DNA of 64,000 nt from Tubiluchus corallicola. Taxonomy: Eukaryota > Animalia > Priapulida. Position numbers and translations under genes: made by a program. Below, one piece after another: positions 46,301 to 61,300 of the stretch. The stretch is from positions 372,001 to 436,000 of the forward strand of contig JAQGDQ010002371.1 in assembly GCA_030141605.1 (NCBI GenBank), in the 5' to 3' direction. Within the stretch, counting starts at the first letter, position 1; each line of letters begins with the position of its first letter. A model generated the notes under the pieces. It worked only from the letters and a program-made list of their open reading frames with translations. It was not told where the DNA came from and ran no database searches.

Positions 46301-49300
46301 TTGGCTGACAATGCCAAGTTGTTGTCGAAGCCATTGAATGTTCAGATTTTTTATATCTTTCCCATCAATCATCTAGTTAAAGTTAAATATCATTAGCAAA
46401 AATAGCTAGCCTAGATTATGATGAATCAAAGACTCGATTGACCGTTGCTACCTTTCACTGCTTTGAAATTTTTTGGAGGTTTTCTTCCCCTTTATTTATA
46501 AAAACTAACCTCTAAATATTTGTGAAAAAACCATCAAATTGGAAACTGTGGTAACTTTCCTGGCCATTTTTTAATTATTAATAATTTCATTTTTGCTCAT
46601 TTGAAGAAAATTATTACAGTGTATATTAGTTATTGGAAGAAAATTATTACTTAGCTTATCCAAAATTTACAAGTTCCAAAGTTTCCAAGAATTTGTTTCT
46701 GTTCACATTAACAAAGATGGGCTGATATGCCTTTAGTTGCATAAAACCAATTATACAAATAATAAGCAATTACATACAAACAGTGCAGTGTTCTGAAGAT
46801 TAACTGTCAATTCACAAAGATTTTTGCAAGGTTTCATGGCTTCCTAGATACATCCTTCTTCAAGCTTATTCTAAGTTATAGACTGGGAGTCTGGGACTAA
46901 AAATGACATATTTACCCGATATTTAACTAAACAATACTAGAGTTTACATCCTTTACAACATATGCAGCTCACCACTTGCCCTTCTAGAGGGTCATAAAAC
47001 CTCTCCAACAGCTGCACAGTAGTACTCTTTCCACAGCCACTACTACCAACTAAAGCCACCATTTGTGACGGATCAATAGTCAAGTCAAATCCAACAAGCA
47101 CTGGCACATCTGGGCGTGATGGATAGTTAAAGTTGACTGACTTAAACTGTATTCTCCCAATACAAGTACTCTAAAACAATGAACAGTGAACATTCAGCAT
47201 TCGAGTTCATAAACATTGTTACAGTAAAAAAATATGTAAAATTGCAATACAGTTCTGAAAAAAATAAGGTCAACAGTTTCACACGCACTGTACTGCAAGT
47301 ATCCGATGATCGTTAACAAGTTGCACTAGCGGCTCAAGCATATTGAATAGCATTAAATTTTCACAAAAAATAATCTATACAAGGAAGTAATACATTGTCA
47401 TTTAGACAAACAAGCTTTCTTATTATCTCTTCAAAGGTGTAATCCTTGAAACTTTGATAAAAACTTCATTGGTGTTTTCCTTTCAAATAAGATTAATGAA
47501 AAAAACTTGGGCAGAAATGTTTATTAGAAAATACGATCCTGAAAAGATTCAACAAAAAGCACCATTTCCATTTCCTTTTCAATCCATTTACTAACCTGGC
47601 TCAGCATTACTTAACTTTGGTTGCAAAACATATGCTATGGCCATTTTCCTTTTCACAAAATGTCAAAAAGTTACTTCTTTTATACTGATGATCAATTGTA
47701 CAGCTTACAGGTTTTTCACCATCAGGAGATGAACTATCAATCAATGGAACTCGGTCAAATAAATGCAAGACTCTCTGTGAAGAAGTTTTAGCTTTGGCAA
47801 AGTCCGGTGCAAAGCTGCTGGCCTGACCCAGTGACATTGCTCCAAACACAATAGCAGAAAATACTCTAAAAGCATTAAAATAAATTATGATACAGAACTT
47901 ATCAGGCAGTCTCATTTATGGCACGAATTTAATTTGCTCTGTGCATGTTGGCAAAATAGACAACAAAACTAAATTTTTGTTTTTAGTTTAAAAAAAATCA
48001 TTGTTTAAATCAAATAAAAGAATACTTATTTGTACAAATCATCTAAACTATTTTTGATAATCTATTTGAAAGCACTTACTGACTAAAAATATAAGCAAGG
48101 AAATAACAAAGCATGCTTATCAGCTCTACATAAAATTGGCCATACGTCTTGACAAGTAGTTAACAGCTGTTAACTGTTTCAAAAAATGCCATTTCAGATT
48201 TTTGAAAGAATGGGTATTCCTCCATTCCTTTTTAATCAACAAGTTATCAGCATGAAGTCTGTTTCAGGATTTTAACTTACCAAGAGAAGCATCAAAAACA
48301 ACATATTTTATTTTTAGGATGATTTTCAGGAAAAAACTCACCAATTTCTGCACAACTCTGGATGCAAACTTCAAACACTTGTATGTATGTGCAAAGTATT
48401 TGTAAAATTTAAGCCACTCACTTGAAAACCTTTTCGTAGTCTAAACCCTTCTCTTCGATTAGCACTGCACCATAGTAGAAGCAAGCAGAATATGCAAAGA
48501 AGATGATACCCTGTGAAAAGCTGAATGCTATACCGTACAAATGACATCGGATCATTGAATTCCTGTTGGTTCAAAATAGCTTTATTGTAGAATGAATTAG
48601 CTTGCCAAATGCTTAAAGAACGGGTATTGCACTGTTACGACATTAACAAGGCTGAAAACTTTTTGAAATTTTAACAAATCAATGCCTTACAAAACAGCCC
48701 AACAATTTTTATAATCACATAAAACAAACTATATAAATGAAAAGATCAGAAAGTACAAGTGTATCAAAAATTAGGTAGACCACAATAAAAATACATTCTC
48801 CTACTTTCCAGAAACTGCCATAACAACATAAGTATGACATTATTGCCTAACTAATTTCCAGAACATACTAGGAAAAGAAAACTTGGCATTCGTGGCATAC
48901 AAGCTTAATTAGTTCAAACAACTGCTTTAGAATTCCTCAGCTTCGCTTTAGAAGACCCGGAATTAATCCTCGGCCCAACAACAACAACAACAACAACAAC
49001 AACACGCGCACGCACGAGCACGCACATGCACACACACACACACCCTACCTCACCGAAATGAAAAAAATGTAAAACAAATCTTTGCTTTCACATGTTGATC
49101 ATCAATACAAAGATTATATATCTAAATGGAATATGAAGCCTTGACGTGTCCCTACTGTGTTCTACCTGTCATCAAACCAATCATGACAAAAATGAAAAGT
49201 GCAAAAAAAAATCTTCTTAATTTTGATACAACTACATACTTAAATGGAATACGAAGACTTGAAGAATACTGATTGACAAAATGCTTCTCCTTCGACAATG

Positions 49301-52300
49301 ATGCCACTGTTCTGATGTTATCTATTCCTTCTGTAGCCACCTTTAAAATAATTGTTCATACATTAAAATCACAAGTAAATGAGCAAGGAAATAAATGAAA
49401 ATTTAATTGTGTTTATTATGAGCTTCAATAAATGGACTTTGGCACAAATGTGTCATAAGAAAAAGAAAAATCTGAACTTTCTTGAGAACTCCATTTATAA
49501 AAAATCAACACAACCGAAAAACAAGGAAAAAGAAAGAACACAACATTTCAAATTCGCACTGTAGTTTTTTCAGAACAAAAACGTGACCACAGTAAGCACT
49601 TGTGATTTTTTGCTCTTTTTGGCCATTTTTGCTCACCCGAAGAATTGCAATGCTAGTTTGAAACATTGTGTTCTTTCTTTTTTCCTTGTTTTTAATTGTG
49701 GGACGTTTTATTTCATTCTACTATTCTTGTTCTCAAAAATTGTTATCTGCGTTATGAGAGCTTCAAGCTTACACGTCCACTGTTCTCTAATGCATCCTTA
49801 TCAAGATGCGCATTTCCTGCCAACATTTTCATCTGTAGTACACCACCAAGCATTATAAAAGGTGTGAAAGCCAGAATGACCAGCGTGAGTTGCCAGCTAT
49901 TAGAAAAAGCTATAGCTAATCCACATGCAATACTAGCAAATCCGTTTAGCGTGGATCCGAGTCGTGCTCCTGTTGCCTGAAAATATAAAAATAAGCATCA
50001 TATCTTCATACAGAAGGCATTATTACTGTGCCTACAATGTTAATGGCTGTTCTCTTATATTAAGAATAATGACCGAATCGTATATATGCCTGTAATGTGA
50101 CATCACTTCATTATAGTATAAACCTGCACAGAATGTTGGGTGATTATAGTGGAGCAGTAATTACAAAAGTAGCCGACTCAAAAGTCATTGATTTACAATA
50201 TTTCATAACAACAAATTGTTAAACTGAACACTTATAAATTACTTCAGGTTTGCACATCATTTCTCACATTAAAGCGAAATCTAGAAATTCTGACACAAAA
50301 CTCCAACATAATGAATTATACCATGTCATCTAAAAAGATCAAACATTCTTAGAATTAAAATTTCCTTCACCTCCAGTTTAAAATTTGTCAGAACAATTAA
50401 ACAAAATTTACCCCTGAAACCTACCAAACAATACATCTTAAGGCAAAACACAACACATAAGCGTTACTTACATAGCTACTTGTCAAAAAGGCACCGAAAA
50501 AGTAATAGCCATACTGGAAGTTAAGAATAAGTTTCAAATGGTGACACAAAACAAGAACAGCTTATGAAGCTGATCTCCAGGACAGCAAACACCATGAAAA
50601 CATATTATTAATGACACAATGTTTCTTAAAAAAAACCAACCCCCTGAACATTAGACGCATCAGTAGCAAGACGAGTCATGAGTGCCCCCACTGTATTCTT
50701 CCTGTCATCAAACCAACCAATCTCTTGTCTTAGCATTGATGTGAAGCCCATATAACGTAATCTCTTAGTCAAGCTTTCTCCAGATATGCCAAAGAAATAC
50801 ACCTATTTTTAAAAAGTTAAGAAATTAAGTATTTAAGCAACGGCATCGACAAAGTCTTCTTAAAGAAAGAAAGAACTTTAATAGTATAATGAAATAACCC
50901 AATTTCAATTGATTTATAATGCTACAAATACACTACAATGACTAAAAATAGTTGAAGAATCAGAAGCATAATTCCTAGAAAGCAACACTGTTTTGCTCAA
51001 TGAAGAATGTTTACAAACATAATTTAAACATTAGCTGATTAGAAAATATGTATTTGATAAGAGCAAAGGAAATTTGAGAATCTACTATTAAATACAGGAA
51101 ATGTCCAAGTATTTCATTTTTTACCTGTAAAAACATAGTGGCTCCAGCTGCAATTCCAACGAGGAGAAAAAGAAGTGCATACCAATTGGACTCTTTTTCT
51201 TGCTCCTCTAGGTCTATGATTGAAAACACCTAACACATTAAAAATGCAGTTGATTTACTTCACTTTTCACATGATAAGCACCAAACGACTTTTCACCATA
51301 AAACAACTGTTCTGTGAATCCTGTAACAGAATGCCATCAACACAAAATGTGCTACTAGTTAAAAATGAAACATTAATGTTTGCATAAACAATCATCAGTC
51401 ATACCCCAAGCACTTCTGCAAAAAGGACAGCAAATATAGGCATAATAGTTCCATTAGCCATCGCACAGAATGTTCCCACAGCGATGAATGGCCACTCAGG
51501 AGAGTTCAACTTCATCAGACGTAGTGTACTTGGAGGAGGGAGATCCGACACATCATCCTGTGGAGAAAAGTGAAATTCTCTTAATGCAGAGTGCAAAAGC
51601 TTAAAATTTTGAAAACATTTACTGCTGTCATGCCTGAAGTCAGGTGTGAAGTCAGATCAGAACTGGACTCAATCTTAAACTGTATGTCAAAACAATCTAC
51701 TCTATGAAATATTGAAAGAGAACACAGTATTTTTTCAAGAATGGCATGTGTCATTGACTTCTTCACTTAATTTAAGAAAATCTGAATTTTTTTTAAACTT
51801 GCCGAGTTTTAGTACAACACACTGAATCTCTTCAATCTTCCCTTTCATAAACACATGCAACACGCTCGTTGAATATTTTTGCTGTTGAAAATTATGTTCG
51901 TTTGTGATGTCATCAATAGTTAATTAATTAATGCCATTAATTAAGATTTTAATCTATTTTTTAACTATCAGTAACACTTTTTCAGTATTACTGGTGTGAA
52001 AATGTATACTTTTTACTATTCTTAAAAATGGGATAGTATAAGAAAAATCAACCTGTCTTCCTTTAAACATCTCTCTAAAAAGACAAAAATGCATCTCAAT
52101 CGTAACTTATCGGACAGGTGTAATTATTAGCAATTTATACATGTAAAATCATCTATGTGATAAACAGGTAACTAAAAGACAATAAAACCATGAAATAAAC
52201 TCATGCCTTTCTACTCATTACATGCAAACTGCTTAATGCTTGTAAAAATTTGTGTCCTGCTTATTATCCTGCTGCAGTACAAAATACTTGCATTTTCTGC

Positions 52301-55300
52301 ATTTGCAAACCATAACAGCTTTTCAGAATGTACAATTTTGTACAAACAGACAAAAACAATGCTGTAATAACATCTGCATCAATTAAGTGGACATTATGCA
52401 AATTAAGCTTGATATACCAGTTAAAACCACAAACCATCTGAAGCTATGAAGCTGAAATTAGAAAGCCATTTTGCAATAGATATTCACTTATGAATATCAA
52501 ATTTATTGTAATACCCAGTATAAAACATTAAATTATAGTTTAAGGACGAACAGAATGCTAAAAAATCATCAGCAAAAAACTGAAGGCTTTCTCATAACTT
52601 TTCACTATAGAAAATAACGTTCAACTTCTGTGCAAGTTCAACTGATATTTTCTGTCATATTATGGCACACTAAGTTTGTTTACAATAAAAAGATAGGCAA
52701 ACAAACTAGCACATTGGAGCAGATCGATCTCTAGCCGATAATGCTCTAATATCTGCAATAGGAACGTGGATGTTAAAAGTTTCTCCTGAAATAAATTTTC
52801 ACTTTGACTACACCTAAAATAAACTTTGATTGAGCCTTCTGTTATTAGCACAAAATGAATGGTAACAAGCACTTATGGTCATTAGTTTATGCAGTTTCTT
52901 CAAAAGGTCTATTTCATTTTCACCATGCCATTTACATACAAGTGCCACAACTTTTAAGTGCTGACTGAGCCATAAAACGTACGAGTTTGACTAAAACAGG
53001 TGTTTCATACATGTAAAATGCAAATATTTTCAAGTTCAAGCTCTGTGCCTGTGAGGTTGTTACCAAACTATCACATGTTTCTTTCGCATCTGCAATTTTA
53101 CATGAAACATCTTTACCAGTTATTTTTTTCACCGTGAAGTGTTTTTTGATGTGCGTTTAAAAGCCCAAATTGCTGTCGGGACTGAAATATGTTGTTGAGT
53201 AAATTATACGAAGCTGACCCTAGCAAATGATAAACTAAAGGTATTAATAATAAAACAGAAGCTATAAACACAAAACTAGTATACAACTAGTACTTTACTG
53301 AAGGACAAAAATGTCATAATTATAACTGTAAAAGAAGTCAATAAGCGTCTTATTTAAAAGCTAATGTCATAATTATATCGTATTTTGACTTCTCACAGTC
53401 ACAACATAATTACTGTTGCAGCAATTCTAATACCAACATATCAGCTTGGGTCTGAAATCGGATCGGATCGGCCAACAGCAATAGGTAAAAATAATCGGTA
53501 TCGGATCGTAACACAGATTCCCATATCGGCACATCTCTGGTTTAGTCTAGTCTAGTCTAATCTAATGCAATCAATGCTGAACATATAAGATGAATTTTAC
53601 TCAATCAATGTTTACCTCATCAACTTCAGGAGCTGCAGGTTTATCCGATCCTATTGATGTTACTGACATTCCACGAGAAATCTGTCGACTTAACACTCTT
53701 TTTACAGACACATGGCTCTCAGAACGAGTTTTAGGAGAACCAGAAAGATCAGTATATGATATAACGGCTGCTTCATTCTCTTCAATGTCTTCCAAACCTT
53801 CGCTCTTAAAAAAATTAAATCAACCTCAGAAAAATTCTGAATTAGTAAAGCTGCACAGAATACAGACCATAAAGTTTTGAAGTAAAGTTCAACTCAAATG
53901 ACACAAAAACAACAACGTCCAGAAAAGCAGCAATTTGTGTAAAGTCCCTCGACCAAAAATTATGTGGATGGTTTCAATAAAAATTTTCAGTTACTAGCTT
54001 ACCTGTGCCATTACTAAGTGATAGTAGACTCCACCCTTTTTCATTAGTTCTGCATGACTACCTTCCTCAACTGACACACCCAATTCAATAGGCACAATCT
54101 TGTCAGCATTTTTAATGGTTGAAAGTCGATGAGCTATCACAACTGTAGTGCGCCCCAATCGTGCCTGTAAAACACAAGTTTGGATCAAACCCACCATACC
54201 AACTAAGGCCCTGGCAACTACTAATCAGAACAGAGCTGATAACACATAACTCTGAATGGTACAGAATCGACTTTTTAGTGGATTGTTAAAATGCCTTACA
54301 TTATCCAATGCTGCTTGCACAGTAGCTTCACTCTCTGTATCTAATGCTGATGTGGCTTCATCTAGCAGTAATATCCGAGGATTACGAACAAGAGCTCTAG
54401 CTATAGCAATTCTTTGCTTCTGACCACCAGACAGTTGTGCACCTCTCTCTCCGACTAGGGTGTTGTATTTCTAAATAAACCACAACAAATGTTAATATCA
54501 GTTATGAAGACACACTGTGTAAAATTTTGATTGTTTACATAGCTGCACACTATTATGTACACCCCAATTACTTGCAGAATCAAGTTAACATTTCGTCAGT
54601 CAGAATCAAAGCACAATCTAAGTACTGTAAATTTGAGCCAAAGGGCGAAGGCTGCTATATGTAAACATGACAAGCTAAATTCAGTTTTAGGCAAATCCAA
54701 AGGGATTTGTGTGCTGTTTTTAATAAAGCACTACCAACACAACTTAATAGTAATAATAAAAGTCAATTGTCAGCTAAATTGGTATAGTTCAACTTTTCAT
54801 TCATGCCACAAGTTTTTGAATGCAAAAGCGACTTTTTGACACAAAGGCAGACAAAATAAAACCTGAAATTAGTGTACATGACAACAAATCCTTTCTTAAT
54901 AACACAAGAGGCAAACCACGGAAAGTTTTCTCTTTTAGATATTTTATAATCTGATGATTTTAGGATGAAGAAAATGATACCTGTGGCAACTTCATAATGA
55001 AGTTGTGAGCATTTGCCTCCCGGGCTGCATCCTCTATCTGAGTTTGCGAAACTCCATCACGTCCATAGCGAATATTCTCTCCAATCGTAGTGCCAAACAA
55101 TACAGGCTCTTGGCTGACGATTCCAATATTATCTCTTAACCATTTTACGTTCAGTGTTTTTATATCTCGCCCATCCAACATCACCTATAACATGATGGCC
55201 AGTTATGACATTGCAACAAAACCATGAAAAAATCATGAACTTTCTAAAGTTTGAGAAATCCTTTGACAATCATTTGCATTACATCTGTATGTCAGCAGCC

Positions 55301-58300
55301 CATCAACTGCTGAGGGTGCCCATCAACTGCTGAGGGATTTCCAGGTTTCCAAACAGCTCTTTATATTAGAATGAAAGATATAGCTAAACAATGCTTCATT
55401 GTAAAAAGGCCAAAATAAAATATCAGCAATAAATGACTCAAATTTGATGAAACTCACAATAGCAATAATAAAGACTCTGATTGTATAATAGTAAAAGTAA
55501 CAATACCGAACCATTGATGGTGTCATACAATCGTTGTATGAGTTGCACAACTGTACTTTTTCCACAACCACTTGGACCTACCAGTGCCACGGTTTGTCCA
55601 TTCTCAACTCTCAAATTCAGACCTTTCAGCACCTGAGGCACAAAATAAAATTTGTAGTTTAAAGTTTCATTTTCTCAATAACTCTCAACCCAATAATAGC
55701 AAAAGGGTTGTGCAAAAATTAAAAAAATGAAACCAAACCAAATCCAAACTGAAACTTTCTAAATATTGTAATGGAAATTTTGCAAGCATCTGAAGTAAAT
55801 TTACAATTGCACAATGTCGGTCTGAGCCATTTTAAAGGCTCATCATAAATGCAAATGGACTGACTTGCCAAAACGTGAATTAGCTGTGTTCAATCTACTA
55901 TAATAATGAAATTATGGGGTCTTTACAAAGTAAACCGTGGACTGAAACTGTGGCTCAGTGGTCAACTGGGCTTGGTTTTTGCACATCCCTAATTAGTAAT
56001 GTACAGGTAGTTAAAAACAGTACAATGGCATACTGATGCACAAGTCATGACATAAAATCACAAAAATGGTAAATCGAATGCTAACAGGAAATATTTTGAA
56101 CTTCTAAAGGAAATATTTTGAGCGAAGAAAGCTTTAACAACTAACCTTTACATCAGGCCTAGACGGATACTGAAAATGCACATCCTTAAATTCAATATTC
56201 CCTACAATATTGGAAGGTTTTTCACCTGATGTAGATTGTGAATCTATGACTGGAACCTATAAATAATAACACTGCCATTATAACTACTAATGAATTAAAA
56301 AATATATCACTGTCAGCAAAGCAACATTCATCACATGCAGTATACTTAACCTAAATAATACTTTTGAATGTTGATAAGCTAAATCACTTATGAGACTGCT
56401 CAGTCATTGTTAAAATGACATGAATTAGCTTAAACTATAGACATTTGCACACGCACTCTATAAATTTTGACATTAAGGAATGCATTAGTCTCAACAGACA
56501 TCATTTTGATTTTTGGGAGACAATACAATATACATTTCTAAAACCACAAAAATACTGCCAACAACATCATTCTGGTAACTGGGAATATTAGTTACAACAT
56601 AAAAATACTTGCAACAAAAGTCATTAATAAATTAATGATTCACAAGACAATCACAACATCTTTGCAACTCAAGATATTACAGCAAGCCCTGCAAATATAG
56701 TCATAACACTTTAATCATGTCTCAGTGAGTATATGTGGTCAGTATAAGAGAGAACTTTTGTAAATGAAAAATAATTTGTAATAAAGTGGTAATAAAAATA
56801 TCCTATATGAAATGGTATGACAATACAGATCAGTAAGCACTACCTGAATGACTTATCAAGAAGGAACATAAAGTTGCAAGAATTGTCTCACAGATGAGTT
56901 AAAAAAGTGAAGTACATAATTATTTTGAAATATTTTTGAATGACAAAAATCAGCTCCAACTGACACTCTTTAACTTAAAACTTTGATTTGCCCACCCATA
57001 ATTATCACCACACCACATATCGGGTATCTGGGGCTATTATACGAAGAAAAAATGAAATTGCTTAGAAATTACCATACTGGATTAACCATAGGAATGTGCA
57101 TAAATGCCAGAAGTCATTCCCTTAGATTCTTTTAAAGAAACAGAAATTTAAATCAGCAAGTCAAAAAAACAAATGCCATAAAATATTTTGTATATCTCCA
57201 TTGTTAAAATTACAAGTGCTCACATGTCCATCATTTTCAATGCAAACTAGATGAAGGCATTTTTTTCCAACAGCCGATATACCTATTACTTCTTTATGGA
57301 ATATCTAGTTCCAGCACTTAACAATTTTTGCTTTCAATTTTTCTGTATCAAACATCTCTGTGCAACTTTGGGTACACTCTCTTTCAGGAATTTCAGATAC
57401 CACAGTCCAGAGGATTAAGTCCCATTTTTTCCTAACAACTTGACAATAAATCTTTATTGGTGTGTTATCTTTTGTGGTGAAAACCAAGATGTAAACTGTT
57501 TAATTTCTTTGTTGTTTTGCTGCAATTTATTGAATGCTTTATACATGAATGTGATTGTTTTTTCAATTGATGAATAGCTGATATTGTGCATTTAAATTTT
57601 TAACATACAAAAGCTTTTCGGCTACAACTTAAACTTAAACATCGCTAAAGCCAGTGGTTCCCAAAGTAGGGGTAAATTACCCCCCGGGGGTAATATGGTT
57701 TTTTTGGGGGGGTAACGGGCACCCCTCCGAAAATTTTTAAAACTTCGCTCGGAATGCATTTTACGTAGTTTTCTTCCAAAACAATACAACAACAACACCT
57801 GGAAATTTATTTATGTCACGAGCAAACATAAATAATTTTGCTTGCTTGTGGCATATACGTGTGTTTGCTTTTTGAGTTGGAGATGTAGTACTAGGTGGGG
57901 GGTAATGGACACGACCGGGTTTCCCGATTTGGGTAACGGTCCGAGAAAGTTTGGAAACCACTGGCTAAAGCCAAAAATATGTAGCTCTCACAGGCAAAAG
58001 TTAATGTATTGTAACACCATGAAATTTCAACTTTTTAAGGCACTTGCTTCTAATGTTATTGCAGTCTCAACATTGGCCCATTTCTTCTGTGCCACCAAAA
58101 ATATCTTAACTACTTCTCTAACATTGCAATTAGAAAATCAGGAAACTTGTCTAATTTATCAGCCACAAAACTTAAGTATTTAAAAACAATTTAGATTAAT
58201 TTATTAAGCTTCAAAATGGTAAATCTGGAAAACAGAAAATGTAAATTTCTGGAAATAACTTAACACACCGTGTCTATTATCTCATACACTTTTGAAGCTG

Positions 58301-61300
58301 CACCTCGTGCATTAGCAAAATCTGACAACGGAGCTGCTGCATGGCCCATGGCAAATGCGCCTATCATGACAGCAAAGAATACCTGAAAAATTACAGTTAG
58401 TTTATTAAACTATAAAATAGGTTGCAAATGAGGCAAAAGAAAAATGAAGCTATTTTAAATTAGCTCACTAATTTTCAAAATCATAACATGGTTTACAAAA
58501 TTCAGTTTCACGTACATTACAAAAACTAACAAAAATATAACTCCTCGGTGATTTTAATCAGATTGATAAATCCAGCATGAGAGAACAATCTGACACTATT
58601 CTTCTGTCAATGAATTTGTCATCTTTCACAAAATGAGCAAGTTAACTTTATACCGTCATAAGTGTACCAGCTGTGTATTCCGGATCTTCTCTTACAAGTC
58701 TGGAACCATACCAAAACGCCAAAGAGTAAACGCAGAAAATAAGCATCCATGTTAAGCCAAGCCCTGTTCCAGTAGTTAACCCTTTCTGTATTCCAATCTT
58801 CTTTGCATCAGCTAAATTTTTTTCATATCTGCATCCAGAAAGCAGAAAACATGTTGAATTTATATACTTACAACAGTATAGTATACATTTAAAAATAATT
58901 ACTTTCAGCACAGCATGATAAAACGAAGTCAATTTTGCAAGGCATTACAAATGTAGGCCAATTTCTTATGAATGGTAGGACAACAAGGTTATCAAGTGTA
59001 CATAGTCAAAGCAGAATTTTGTAAAATCACGTATTTCATTTAATAATGTGTCTAATTTCGGCATTTTATTAAAGAAACACAAAACAAAGACAGCAATGGC
59101 ACCTCAGGAGCTTAACCATACTGCTGGCTAATCTTCAACGAGGTAAATGACATTACATGTATATATATATTCCTTAATTGTTCAAAGGCGTTAAGCTTTT
59201 CTCATCCAGAAACAGATTTTTTTGTAATAAATTTACAGGGATATATTGAAATTATACAAGAGAGAAAGTCTAATATGCATTTCTGTCTTTTTCTGAAAAT
59301 GCAAGTAAAGCCTGCATATAGGTCTTGATGTAATAATTTCATTAATTTATAGTCAGAATCATTTTAACAAAATTTAGCATTTCCTTTACCTGTGTCAAAT
59401 CCAGATTATTAAAACAAGAAAATGCTCTTTTTTATAAGTTTCAGATTAGAAAGCCTCTTTCATAATATTTTGTTACTTCTTTTAACCATCTATTACTTTT
59501 AAAGATAGTCTTAATTACTACTACTTTACTAATTAATACAACATTATCTACCATGCCAATATGGCACATCATCTCAAAGAAGTTTGCATGCCGAAGCAGA
59601 TCAGGCTACAGTTAGACAAGGTGTCAAAAACATCTTTAGAACGAATGTACCATATGGTCCTTGCTTTGCTTAAAGTTTCTTACACATAGTAATAGTGCTT
59701 TAAAAAAAGTATAAAATTTTGAGACAAGAGTACTTAGTTAAGCATCTACTTGTAAATAAAACATCCTAAATAATTTATCTAAGAAGCTATGTAGCACCAT
59801 AGGTTTTTCGAAAATACGAGTGAAAATATATATTCACCCACCTTTCAGCTTCTTTGCGTTCTCCACCAAATGCTACAACAGTTCTTATTGACATGAACAC
59901 TTCTTCTGCTATTGCTCCAGCTTTCGCATAAGCGCTTAACTCTCTACTAGTCATTTCAGTAGCAAGCTGAAAACATGAAAAACCATAAAAACTGGAAGTC
60001 TCACTTATTAGACATACCTAATAAACATGGCATTATTATAAACCATTCAATGTACCTGAGATTTTTTTAATTGCTACAAAAAGCCGCACTTGTACAAAAC
60101 TAACCAACTGATGGCTTCAGAGTAGTTCATTGAAATTTTGAACTTGGCGGCAACTGTATAATAAAAAAGAAAAGCAATAATAGCTTCTATTGCTAACCCG
60201 CAATGCATAGTTACAACTCTAAATTAATTACAAGTTGACCTATGAATTGTAGCTTTTTGTTTCCTGCAAAATCAGCTGAACTAGAGACTTGTCAGCCAGA
60301 CGACAGACATGCTTCTTTCACCTTTTGCTTTAAACTTACTTGCACGTGGCTTTATATAAGTACCCATTCACAGATATTTAATTACCTAATGAGTTTTTCA
60401 CTCAACCTACGAATTTGTCAATGCGCTTTACTCAATAAATCATGATTTCGTATTAAATATTTCCTTCAAAATAAATCGTGCGAACAATTTTCATTAAGCC
60501 TTAGTCTACTAATATTATCCTTCTTTTATCTAGCAGCCCACAAAACCTTTGCAATGAATTTATTAATAATAAGAACACTTTTATTTGTAGCAAAAATTTG
60601 CTTATATTGAATACAATTGTAACTTCTTATCTGATGCCACCTACTATCTCCCATCCTCAAGAAATAAAAAAGTATTGGAGTAAAAATACAATATCGACAG
60701 AAAATAATTACATTTGCTAAAACTTCATAAGACGTAATTTCAATAAACATTCAACAAAAATTCAAGTAAACCATTTCAAACACGTTGTGGTCAGGTACAC
60801 GACTTATCACTTTGACCATACAAATTACACATAATCACACTGTTGTTTGACATAGTGATATGTATAAGTACACAAACAAACTATATTTTCGTACATGTTA
60901 ACTACAATGCATTTGTTATATGATATGTGTAAAATAACAATAATAATTTAAAGGCAGAAATATTTTTTGTCTTTCCTGACACATACAACACAATAAATTT
61001 CATTTTACAAAATTGCAATCAGCTTGTGAACTCAACAGTAGTACTATAATCTAATAAAGAGCATCTGAACTTCTATCCCTGCATTTTTTAACTGGGATGG
61101 CCCGTAAATTCAATCAAGAGTGTTGATGTTCAGAAGTTAAAATATTACAAAGATAACCACTGAAATCATACCTTAGACATGAAGCCAGCTGCAATAGCAA
61201 GTAAAGGACTGACTGAGATAATGACCAGACTAAGCTTCCACCCCTTGACAAAGCCAATTATAAATCCTGTTAGACAACAGGTAGTCCATTGTACAAATAT

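Noticed and set aside
48890-49003. tRNA-derived SINE with a (CAA)n tail
   Set aside because: The A/B boxes are too degenerate and there is no second copy in the window.
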